Source: Tetramitus jugosus (Eukaryota > Protista > Heterolobosea). From it: a stretch of 64,000 nt of DNA. The translations under genes were made by a program, and so were the position numbers. The notes beneath the pieces are model-generated. The model searched no databases. It had not been told where the DNA came from and saw only the letters and a list, made by a program, of their open reading frames with translations. Each line of letters begins with the position of its first letter. Positions within the stretch are counted from its first letter, which is position 1. The DNA lies in NCBI GenBank assembly GCA_937625935.1, contig OW569367.1, positions 124,001 to 188,000 of the forward strand, read 5' to 3'. Below are positions 42,550 to 52,603 of this stretch, piece by piece.

Positions 42550-45500
42550 ATGCCATCCAACTACATTCTTGACGATATTGAAGTATGTACAATCTCTCTC
42601 TTTTTGTGCCATATGCACGAGAGAAAAAAATGCTTTGTGTGTTCATGAAAATCGTTATGTGTCCATGTCGCTCACTCTCCATATGATTTTGCTTCCATGT
42701 TATCATCATCATGATCTTTGGTGTCAATGTCGTTATCATTATCAACCAACAAAAAAAAACATCACATCATCCATCACACAAATTGTGTGTAGAATCTTGG
42801 ATTGAACCCAAAAGTTCACAAGTTTGCCACTGTAAAAAACAGTAGAGTCACCAAGAGAGAAAAAAAGCACTGGAAGAGAAATGCACCAGTGGAACCATCA
42901 CTGCTCAAGAAGGACTTTCATGAGAACAAGCACAGCACACTAAAAGAGAGAGCTGCACTGTATGAAGCCAACAGATGTCTCAAGTGTGCAGATGCTCCAT
43001 GTCAAAAATCATGTCCTACCCAATTGGACATCAAGTCTTTCATTACCTCCATTGCCAATCGCAATTATTATGGTGCTGCTCAAAAGATTCTCTCTGATAA
43101 TCCATTGGGTCTCACATGTGGTATGGTGTGCCCAACGAGTGACTTGTGTGTCGGTGGTTGTAATTTGGCTGCTGCTGAAGAAGGACCTATTAACAGTATG
43201 TATCTATCACATGTATTTGTTGTTGGTGTGTGATACTTGGTGTTTGGTGGTGGGTGACATGTTGTTTTGTTTTGTTGGGTGGCATGTTGGATAGTATGAT
43301 TGGTGTGTGTATTTTTTTGTGTATGAGGTCACCATCCAAAAAGTTTATCCACACCCGTGGGTGCGCAGTGCGGCCCTTGGAAAATGCGCGCTCAATTCTT
43401 CGAAGATGAGACGGAACAACAACACGTGCACCTCTCCTGGACAGGACACCAAGATGACAACCACCTTTATTCAGTGTACATGTGAACTCAACTAACACAC
43501 ATTCAATCAATTCTTCACATGAACAGTTGGAGGTCTACAAGCTTTTGCTACAGAAGTTTTCAAGAGAATGAAGCTTCCACAGATTAGAGATCCTGACTTG
43601 ACACCATTGGATCAATTGCCAGAGTCATACAAGACAAAGATTGCATTTATTGGATGTGGTCCAGCATCCATCAGTGCAGCCACCTTCTTGGCTCGTTTAG
43701 GATATCAAAACTTGACCATTTTTGAGAAGAATCAACACCCTGGTGGTCTCAGTTCAAATGAAATTCCTCAGAACCGTCTAGGTTATGAAGTTGTTGACTT
43801 TGAAGTGAGATTGATGCTCGATCTTGGTGTCAAGATTGAATACGGTAGAGAATTGGGTAACAATTTGTCTGTCGAACAGTTGACAAATGAGGGATATAAG
43901 GCCATCTACCTCGGTTTTGGTCAACCAGATCCAAAGAGAGACAATGTGTTTGATGGATTGACTGAAGATGACGGCTATTACACTAGCAAGAACTTTTTGC
44001 CATTGGTCATGAAGGCATCCAAGCCAGGAATGTGTGGATGCAAGTCCAATGAGCAAGTGTTGCCAAAGTTGTACGGAAAGGCTTTGGTGCTTGGTGCTGG
44101 TGATACTGCCATGGATTGTGCCACAAGTGCTGTGCGTTGTGGTGCCTCCAAGGTCACCCTCGTTTTCAGAAGAGGTTTTGCTGATATCAGAGCTGTTCCT
44201 GAGGAGTTTGAGGCTGCAAAGGACGAGCAAGTGGAAGTTTTGCCATTCTGTTTGCCAAAGTGCGTCATCAAGAGAGATGGAAGAATCGTTGCTGTCGAGT
44301 TGTACAAGACTGAGAAGGACGAGAAGGGAAATACCATCATTGATGAGGATCAATTCATCAGAATCAAGTGTGATTTTATCATCTCTGCTTTTGGCTCCAC
44401 CTGTGACAGCGCTGACATTATCAACGCATGTAAGCCTGTGGTCATTAACACCTATGGTCAAGTGGATGTTGATGAGACCATGAGAACTAACATTCCATAC
44501 ATTTTTGCTGGTGGTGACATTGTTGGTAATGGTATGACTGTCGAAGCTGTCAATGATGGTAAGACTGCCTCTTGGTACATGCACAAGTATGTTCAAGAAT
44601 TGAATGGATTAACTGTTCCAGAAACACCTGAATTGCCTGGATTCTTCACTCCAATTGACAAGGTTGATCTCTCTGTTGAAATTTGTGGCATCAAGTTTGA
44701 GAATCCATTTGGTCTTGCTTCTGCGCCTCCAGTCACCACTTGTGCTATGATTAGCAGATCCTTTGATGCTGGTTGGGGATATATTGTGACAAAAACTTTT
44801 GGTATGGATCACGACATTGTGACCAATGTTTCTCCAAGAATTGTTAAGGGTGAAACTTCTGGACCAAAGTGGGGACCTGGACAAGGCAGTTTCTTGAATA
44901 TTGAGTTGATTTCTGAGAAGACTGCTGCCTATTGGATGAATGGTATCACTGAGTTGAAGAAGCAACATCCAACCAAGATTGTCATTGCCAGTATCATGGC
45001 TGCTTTCGTTAGGGAAGATTGGCAAATTTTGGCCAAAAAGGCTGAGGAAGCCGGTGCCGATGCAATTGAACTTAATCTGTCTTGTCCTCATGGTATGGGT
45101 GAGAAGAAGATGGGTCTTGCATGTGGTCAAGATGCTGATCTTGTGTTGAACATTTGCAAGTGGGTTAGAGCTGCAACACGTCTTCCATTCTTTGCCAAGC
45201 TCACTCCTAACATTACAAGTGTAGTTGAGATTGCAAAGGCAGCCAAGGAGGGTGGTGCCGATGGTGTCACTGCTACCAATACCGTGTCTGGTTTGATGAG
45301 CTTGAATGCTAAGGGTATTGCATGGCCAGCTGTTGGTGCCAAGCAGCAAACAACCTATGGTGGTGTTTCTGGTAATGCTATCCGTCCTATCGCTATGAAG
45401 GCTGTTTCAGCAATTGCCAGAGCTCTTCCAGGTTTCCCGATCTTGGCCACAGGAGGTATTGACTCTGCCCATGTTGGTTTGCAATTTATTCATGCTGGTG

Positions 45501-46168
45501 CCCTCGGTTTACAAGTGTGCTCTGCTGTTCAAAATCAAGACTTTACCGTCATCCAAGATTACATTTCTGGATTGAAGGCATTCTTGTACATTAACAATCA
45601 TCCAGACTTTGCCAAATGGGATGGTCAATCACCTCCTGAACTCAAATTGGAGAGAACTGTCGGCACAGGTTTGCCAAAGTTCGGTCCATATGAGCAAGAG
45701 AGAAGAAACTTGAGAGCAAAGGAAATTGAAGAAAATGGTATTTATAATGACATTGTCGTTGATGATGGCATGCCTGAGAAGTTGTCGACATTTGAACCAC
45801 AAGTCCCAAGCGTCAACGAGACCTGTGCTGACACTGTGAACAAGATTGTCAAGTGGTACGAGTTGGATCCAAAGGCAGAAGAACACGTTGTTGCTTTGGT
45901 CAATGATGACAAGTGTATTAACTGTGGTAAGTGTTACATGACCTGTGCTGACTCTGGTTACCAGGCAATTACCTTTGATCCTGTGACCCACATTCCAAAG
46001 GTTGTTGAAGAGGACTGTACCGGATGTACTCTGTGTTACAGCGTGTGTCCAATCAATGACTGTATTGAGATGGTGCCTCGCCCTGCTCATTTGCCATATG
46101 CTCCAAAGAGAGGTGGTCCATTTGTGTTCAGTAGAGACTTGCACGGAGCACTCAAGATTGAAGTGTGA
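42550..46168 (+). CDS. DPYD: Dihydropyrimidine dehydrogenase, 3 exons: 42550-42582, 42793-43195, 43527-46168
   Basis: Spliced junctions DDIE-NLGLNPK and [17 protein letters not shown]. Motifs [33 protein letters not shown] and two C-terminal 4Fe-4S motifs. Confidence 0.96.
42583..42792 (+). other. DPYD intron 1 (210 nt)
   Basis: GTATGT donor, TAG acceptor, phase 0. Confidence 0.85.
43196..43526 (+). other. DPYD intron 2 (331 nt)
   Basis: GTATGT donor, ACTAAC branch point, CAG acceptor, phase 1. Restores PINIGGLQ. Confidence 0.92.
43325..43465. other. GC-rich, multi-helix element inside DPYD intron 2; identity unknown
   Basis: About 54% GC by hand count over 43327-43462, between GT-rich and CA-rich flanks; several competing helices. 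Confidence 0.5.
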
Positions 46169-46312
46169 AATACAAATTAATTATCATCATTCTCTATCAA
46201 CTTTTGCTTCGTTCCCAAAAAACTCACGTCGTTGTATACTTACAACCCAAAAGCGCGCCACTTTGTTTTTCACGCCAAAAACGCCAAACCAAAACACAAA
46301 TTGCAAGCGAAA

Positions 46313-49300
46313 ATGTTGACAGATTTGGGGAGACACCAGTCATATGTTGAAAAGTTTTTGAATGCTTCCAAGCCATTCTCATCGAAACTCGTCGCATTTC
46401 GAGATGACTTTTCAATGGCACACGAAAATCAACACTTGAGAAGCAACAGTCATCAGAGCTCTGATGGTTTCAACAATAACAACAATAATAATATTAGTGA
46501 CTCTACTCCATCGTCATCACTCACAAATGCTTCAATGTGTGTTGACACTCACCATGAGACAAATCAACAACAACAACCACCACCACCACAACAACAACAA
46601 CATTACAAGATGAGCAATAGTGGTACTAGTAGTGGTGGTCATAGCACTCATCAACGATTCTTGAATGCAAAGCGAATGAATCACAGAGAAGATGAATTGT
46701 GCATTTATGACCATAGTCAAGTGATTTGGAGTCACGGCAACATGATTCACAAAAAATTTGATTTCTCACAAGTGAACAATGCTCATTCCTCATCGTCATT
46801 GTCCTCTTCCTTGTCCTCATTGTCATCCTATGCATTATTAACATCGTCATCGTCGTCGTCATCATCGTCGTTATCATACCCTACTCATTCAGCAAGTAAT
46901 AGCGATGGCAATCATCATCATCACTATTATCCGATTATGGATCATGATGTCGCAACAACAACATTAGCAACGACACACACCACTGCTGCTGCTGTCACTG
47001 GCAATACTGTTCTCAGTGTTTGTTTCTGTGACTTTTATGGAGTGAGTCAAGACTACATCTTGTCAAACAGCTATCACAATCACAATAAGGACGATGATAT
47101 GGATAATAATACTGATAATAATACTAATATCAATAGGAATCGGAGCGTGAATGATGATGAGAATGATAACAAGCAAGAACAACAAGATTTTATGGATTCA
47201 AGTGGTGATGATCATTCTATTCATTGTTCCTATCACTCGTGTCTGTGTGTACTGTTGGATGATCAATTATTGCAGATTTATACACCAGATGGCAAATCAT
47301 TTAGAGTTCCACTACCGTGTAGAATGAAGCGCATGTGGACATTGAATGGAAAACTGTTGATACTAGAGAGAGATGTTTCACATGTGTCTTTGCTCACGAG
47401 GTCAACAACAGAACGAGTGCACCAGGAACAGAGAGATGAATTAGGTGAAGACCATCATGAATCTGTTCAACAACATCCCATTCTGTTCAGTTTGATACAT
47501 CCATTGGAGGAGTTGAAGCCTGTTGCAGTGTTGACTGATGCTCTGATCAAAGACTTGGTATTTCAATCGAATCGCTTATCAGTGGCTAATGATATTGTTA
47601 AAATGAATGTCGACGAAGAGAGAAATGATGAGATGATGAATGATACGGATGGAGACGACATGTGTGAAGCCGAATTTTTTGATGATCCAAACTTGGAGGT
47701 GTTGTTTGTGAATGAAGAAGACACTTATCCCATTATTGTCGTTTATGATCACAAACGACACACTCACTTTATTTATAATGCGCACATAGAAACTGCAACA
47801 TACAATCAACACTCAGACTTGGATTATTATGGAGAGGGGTATGAGGAAGATGAAGATTCAGACCGCTTAGACAGTGAAGTGTTCTTTAGACCCATTAATT
47901 TTACGTCGGTTCACGGTACGAATGATACGGGTTTAAACGGACCGAGAGCAGACTCAATTATTATGTGCGACGGGTTTGAAGGCCAGGCTCTCCTCGTCCT
48001 ATTGAAAAAGAAGGAAAAGAGAGCGTATGTGTATAAGATGAATCCGACAATTAGTAGCAATGACGGTGAGGAGAAAGATAGAAGCTCTTTCTTAGTTACC
48101 TTATGGGAGATGTCATTCCTGTGCACTCACGACAACATAACAGCCGCAGCAAAGATAGACTCAGAAGGTGTCATATTTAATGATCACGAAAGTAATCAGC
48201 TATCATCGAGAGAAAGTCTGCTAATGCTTCTATTGAATGAGACCAAACAGTTAGTAATTGTTTATGCTGGGGAGCACAGATTATGTGAGTTGAGTCTTCC
48301 ATTGATACAGAGCAATATTATAGATGTTGTGGATGTCGTGCACAATCGACTTACTGTCGTGATGAGTGATCAGACTAAGCATCGAATTTTAGTTAGAGTA
48401 ACTTGCGATTCTGAACTCACCTCAAAATGCTTCGCTGTGTTAAGACGAACTCTCTCCCCAGCTTTATTTTCTTCCCTATTTTATGATTTTTATCAGTACA
48501 AACAAACACATCAAGGACTCTCTGAATGGGAAATATTTTCTAACTTCCTTTGTGGTTTGTTCTTAAAAGCAGGTCACAGTGCATATCAACAACGTCAAGA
48601 GAGATCTGCTGATAGTTGGACACTTCTAATGAGTCATGTTGACCATTTCCCTACTGATATTATGTTTGACCATGTGCCAGTACAAGAGTCAGTATCTCTT
48701 TGTCCATCAACAGAGTTTACTACATCTCTTGATGTATTTTTACATAACGTACCATTAGTCGTTCTGTCTCTACATTTGCTATATGAAAGTACAAAGATAG
48801 ATAGTTTGGATAGCAATAGATTGTCAAAGCCTATGGCTGCCCTATTGTATCGGTTATGTCGCATGATTGGACGAGATAATTATTGCGATTTCTACCTTCG
48901 AGATTATCCTGCGTTGGCTAACATTATAATTTTCGAGTCGATCAATCTGCCAAAGAATATTGAAGGAACAGTGGCAATTCAAGCAATGGAAACAATTGAT
49001 TTCTTTGATGCAACTATCGATAACAATATTGTTATACTCTTTCTGAAGGGTGACATAGTACCAAACGTCCACAAAACATTGTCAGAGTTTCTGTTGCCGC
49101 CAGATAGCAACTATCCGGTGGTAGCGCATCCCATTATTAAGGATTGTCCTATAACACAATGGACAAGACGAACTTGCAGGCTGTTTCATCTATTGCACAA
49201 TACGAGTGACATATACCAATCTTGTTATCCTTCCAATGTAGCCAAATTGACTAATGCATCTGAGAGATTGGTAGTTGCAATGGTTGAGGAAGGTATCTCA

Positions 49301-52300
49301 AGCTTAGATGACCTCGACGAACTTCCTTTTGGCATTGCTTTACCAATGATACAGTCGATCCAACATTGTAAATCGAATCATTCATTCAGTTCACTAGATT
49401 TATCAACTTTCGAAAAAGTGAATAGACTCTTAGGACGAGAAGACTTACTTCAGCTCGCTAACAATTCGAAAAACCAGTTAAATGAGGATGATCAGTCACC
49501 ATTCTCAAGCTCAAGCACAGCAACCGATGATATATATTATGATTTCTCTGGAGCAGAGAATAATTCTAGCTATTCTACACCATCCTCGAAGTCTGTCGTT
49601 TTGGAACAACAAATGCACATCTCGAAAAAGGGATTAGGATATTTTGTTTTCCATCATGATAAGAGACTACTTGAAGTATATCACATGTTGGACAGCTCTG
49701 CACCTATGAAAGTTAAAAAGGAGATTTTAGGTCTTTCTGATGATGATCTGGATCGTTTTGATCCAAATTCTTTCGAACAACAACATTTGTTCATAAAGCT
49801 AAGACAGCGTGTTCTTGCCTTGTCTATCGGCAGGGGCATGGTTACACTTGCCACAAAGAATACTCAGCCCACAGACTCAGTGAAGATTCCCCCAATCGCC
49901 ACGACAGGAATACTTAAACGCAATCGAGCAAATGTAGTGCTGGATCTATTGCCTGCCGATCTGAGTGACACCTACAAGTGGGCTGAATTCCATAATGGAG
50001 TAGCTACTGGTCTCACCTTACAGAGATTGGACGGTCGTGATCACTCGAAACGAGGTATCACAAGAGAATGGATTATGTATCACCGCCCGAAAAAACCTAC
50101 GCCCTCACATGCTGGCTTACTGTTGGCACTCGGGATACAAGGTCACTTGGCTGTGCTAGCACCAACAGACATCTATAACTATCTATTCCTTCGCCATGAA
50201 AGTACAACCATCGCGCTGCTTCTTGGTCTCTCTGCATCGAAGAAGGGATCTCAAGACGTCGCGGTAACGAAAGCATTATCCCTTCACATACCGTCTCTTG
50301 TGTCTAGTAGTCGGGTAGATATGCCAGCCGAAGTGCAATGTGCTGCTCTTGTCGGAATTGGTCTTCTATATTGTCAATCATCTCATCGATTTATGTCCGA
50401 CGTATTACTATCTGAGTTGTCAAGATTACCAAATGACAGTAGCTCAAACTGTATTGAAGGCTATGCTCTTGCAGCTGGTTTTGGATTAGGTTTCGTTTGT
50501 CTGGCTCAAGGAACTAAAACCTCACCCCCTCCTGGACTCTCTGACCTCAATATTAATGAGCGTCTCATTCGCTATATGAGTGGTGGAGCACGACCTGACT
50601 CAGACTTGGCTAACCAAAGGAATGTAAACACAAACCGAAGAAGTGAGGGTTTCAATAGGGCATTCTCCTCGTCCAGCAAAATACAAGAATCTAACAGATA
50701 TGTAAATGTAGATGTAGCCGGTCCTGGTGCCTGTATCGCACTCTCCTTGATTTATCTTCGGAGCCACAACGAGTTGATAGCAAAGGAACTCATGATTCCA
50801 ACAACTCGGTACCAGCTGGATTACATCAGACCTCAAATGGCTTTCCTTCGAACAGTGGGACACAATATCGTGATGTGGGACAGGATTAAGAACGATGAGG
50901 AATGGTTTCTCAATCAGGTACCCTCGGTGATACTCGAGTCAGTTTTTCCAAGTATTCACAATATTAGCGAGATTGATGATCATCTATCCTCACTATATGC
51001 ATATATCCTTGCTGGATGTTGTTTTACCTTAGGTCTGCGTTTCGCAGGCTCACACGACCAAAAGGTCTATTCAATCATATTTAGCATCTTGAAAGAATTT
51101 GAGAGTGGTAAATTGAAAAAGATGAACAAGACAGCTAATACGATGAGTCTACCATTAGTGCTGAACAAACACATTTCAGAAAATTGTTTGATCATGTGTT
51201 CATTGGCTCTTGGTTGTGTGATGTCAGGTAGTGGAGATATTGAGGCTGTTAGGACACTAAGGAGAATCAGAAAGAAGTTTACTGCTCAATCATCCAACGT
51301 ATCCGCCAATATCTCTACAAACAGAGATGAAAAAGTTTATGGTCTTCATATGGGTGTGTCTATGGCGTTGGGTCTTATCTTCTTAGGTGGTGGTAGATGC
51401 TCTCTGTCAACCAAGCCTATAGCAACCGCATTGCTTCTATGTTCTCTATATCTGCATCTTCCAGTGTCACCAACGGACAATCAATATCATCTTCAAGCAT
51501 TCCGTCATTTGTATGCTCTAGCGGCTGAACCACGATTGATAGAAGCTAGAGATGTAGACAATGGACAGCTGTGCTTCTTACCCCTGACACTTCAAATGAC
51601 TGATGGCAGCACCCAACAAAAGAGAGCTCCTTGTTTAATACCCGAGTTGGAGACTCTTCAATATATTAGCATTACAAGTGAAAGGTACTATCCTTTAACA
51701 TTGAACATGAAGAGTAATTCAGGGGCGCTTCGCATCAGTGCGACATCAAACAATATTCTACTGTACGTGAAAAAGAAGACTAGCTATACATCGCACTCGG
51801 AAGATGGCACAAGTAATACGCATACCCCTCAACTAAAGTATCGCATGAATAATGGCCCAGAAGAGCATGAAAGCATCTTGATGGACACATTATCTGCTAT
51901 ATTGACCCAAGATGTAAGCGAGCTCCAAGTCAGTCGTTCCGCTTCAATGATACTGGACTCAGTCTACATGGACAGTCCAAGCATAATTTATTTGAGACAG
52001 AGCATTGATTACGCAATATGCCAACTTTCGAGCTTGGGGGCACAACATACAACATCCAAGTCACAAATCCTTTGGAACATTAAGCTTGTACTCACCTTCT
52101 ACAACCATGCGACCCAAGGTGATGGAACGACATGTCTCCTTTCTCCCGATTATTTGGGTCAGCTTTTACTTGCAACAACTAGTTGTCTGCCAGATATTGC
52201 TACAACAATCAAAGAATACCTCAACGGGTCAAAACCAAGTCATCTAACTGGATGTGTGCTGGAATGGAGCGGCATGCCATCTCGATTTATTGTCAAGCAA

Positions 52301-52417
52301 ATTGCAACTGAACTGCATCAGAAGAACCACCAAACAAGCGTTGCTCTATGGTGTGATCTGCTAGGACCATCCCTGCACCACGAATCAGCACACGCAATCC
52401 ATCAATGCACACTATGA
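46313..52417 (+). CDS. ANAPC1: Anaphase-promoting complex subunit 1
   Basis: LFSLIHPLEE, WAEFHNGVATGL, HAGLLLALG, PC repeats and YHLQAFRHLYALAAEPR. First ATG at 46313. Confidence 0.93.
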   Translation: MLTDLGRHQSYVEKFLNASKPFSSKLVAFRDDFSMAHENQHLRSNSHQSSDGFNNNNNNNISDSTPSSSLTNASMCVDTHHETNQQQQPPPPQQQQHYKMSNSGTSSGGHSTHQRFLNAKRMNHREDELCIYDHSQVIWSHGNMIHKKFDFSQVNNAHSSSSLSSSLSSLSSYALLTSSSSSSSSSLSYPTHSASNSDGNHHHHYYPIMDHDVATTTLATTHTTAAAVTGNTVLSVCFCDFYGVSQDYILSNSYHNHNKDDDMDNNTDNNTNINRNRSVNDDENDNKQEQQDFMDSSGDDHSIHCSYHSCLCVLLDDQLLQIYTPDGKSFRVPLPCRMKRMWTLNGKLLILERDVSHVSLLTRSTTERVHQEQRDELGEDHHESVQQHPILFSLIHPLEELKPVAVLTDALIKDLVFQSNRLSVANDIVKMNVDEERNDEMMNDTDGDDMCEAEFFDDPNLEVLFVNEEDTYPIIVVYDHKRHTHFIYNAHIETATYNQHSDLDYYGEGYEEDEDSDRLDSEVFFRPINFTSVHGTNDTGLNGPRADSIIMCDGFEGQALLVLLKKKEKRAYVYKMNPTISSNDGEEKDRSSFLVTLWEMSFLCTHDNITAAAKIDSEGVIFNDHESNQLSSRESLLMLLLNETKQLVIVYAGEHRLCELSLPLIQSNIIDVVDVVHNRLTVVMSDQTKHRILVRVTCDSELTSKCFAVLRRTLSPALFSSLFYDFYQYKQTHQGLSEWEIFSNFLCGLFLKAGHSAYQQRQERSADSWTLLMSHVDHFPTDIMFDHVPVQESVSLCPSTEFTTSLDVFLHNVPLVVLSLHLLYESTKIDSLDSNRLSKPMAALLYRLCRMIGRDNYCDFYLRDYPALANIIIFESINLPKNIEGTVAIQAMETIDFFDATIDNNIVILFLKGDIVPNVHKTLSEFLLPPDSNYPVVAHPIIKDCPITQWTRRTCRLFHLLHNTSDIYQSCYPSNVAKLTNASERLVVAMVEEGISSLDDLDELPFGIALPMIQSIQHCKSNHSFSSLDLSTFEKVNRLLGREDLLQLANNSKNQLNEDDQSPFSSSSTATDDIYYDFSGAENNSSYSTPSSKSVVLEQQMHISKKGLGYFVFHHDKRLLEVYHMLDSSAPMKVKKEILGLSDDDLDRFDPNSFEQQHLFIKLRQRVLALSIGRGMVTLATKNTQPTDSVKIPPIATTGILKRNRANVVLDLLPADLSDTYKWAEFHNGVATGLTLQRLDGRDHSKRGITREWIMYHRPKKPTPSHAGLLLALGIQGHLAVLAPTDIYNYLFLRHESTTIALLLGLSASKKGSQDVAVTKALSLHIPSLVSSSRVDMPAEVQCAALVGIGLLYCQSSHRFMSDVLLSELSRLPNDSSSNCIEGYALAAGFGLGFVCLAQGTKTSPPPGLSDLNINERLIRYMSGGARPDSDLANQRNVNTNRRSEGFNRAFSSSSKIQESNRYVNVDVAGPGACIALSLIYLRSHNELIAKELMIPTTRYQLDYIRPQMAFLRTVGHNIVMWDRIKNDEEWFLNQVPSVILESVFPSIHNISEIDDHLSSLYAYILAGCCFTLGLRFAGSHDQKVYSIIFSILKEFESGKLKKMNKTANTMSLPLVLNKHISENCLIMCSLALGCVMSGSGDIEAVRTLRRIRKKFTAQSSNVSANISTNRDEKVYGLHMGVSMALGLIFLGGGRCSLSTKPIATALLLCSLYLHLPVSPTDNQYHLQAFRHLYALAAEPRLIEARDVDNGQLCFLPLTLQMTDGSTQQKRAPCLIPELETLQYISITSERYYPLTLNMKSNSGALRISATSNNILLYVKKKTSYTSHSEDGTSNTHTPQLKYRMNNGPEEHESILMDTLSAILTQDVSELQVSRSASMILDSVYMDSPSIIYLRQSIDYAICQLSSLGAQHTTSKSQILWNIKLVLTFYNHATQGDGTTCLLSPDYLGQLLLATTSCLPDIATTIKEYLNGSKPSHLTGCVLEWSGMPSRFIVKQIATELHQKNHQTSVALWCDLLGPSLHHESAHAIHQCTL

Positions 52418-52603
52418 CATTGCATCCTTACATGAACCATAGTAAATTCCCTAAATAGCCCAGACCTGGAGAAGCCATTACGGAGTTCTTCCCAAGACGC
52501 GTAATCTTGCGCGCGGAGCATTCAAAGAGAAAAAACTGAAACATAATTTCCCAGCACCAAAAAAGCAACCAAACAGCAGCAACAGCAAACAAACAACAAA
52601 AAA

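Noticed and set aside
43778-46144. Long antisense ORFs (272, 246 and 171 aa) opposite DPYD
   Set aside because: Typical shadow ORFs of a codon-biased gene; no protein motifs.
37939-46168. Possible pyrimidine/beta-alanine catabolic cluster (DPYD plus aminotransferase)
   Set aside because: The aminotransferase is a class I alanine aminotransferase, not the class III beta-alanine enzyme. Dihydropyrimidinase and ureidopropionase are absent, and unrelated genes intervene.
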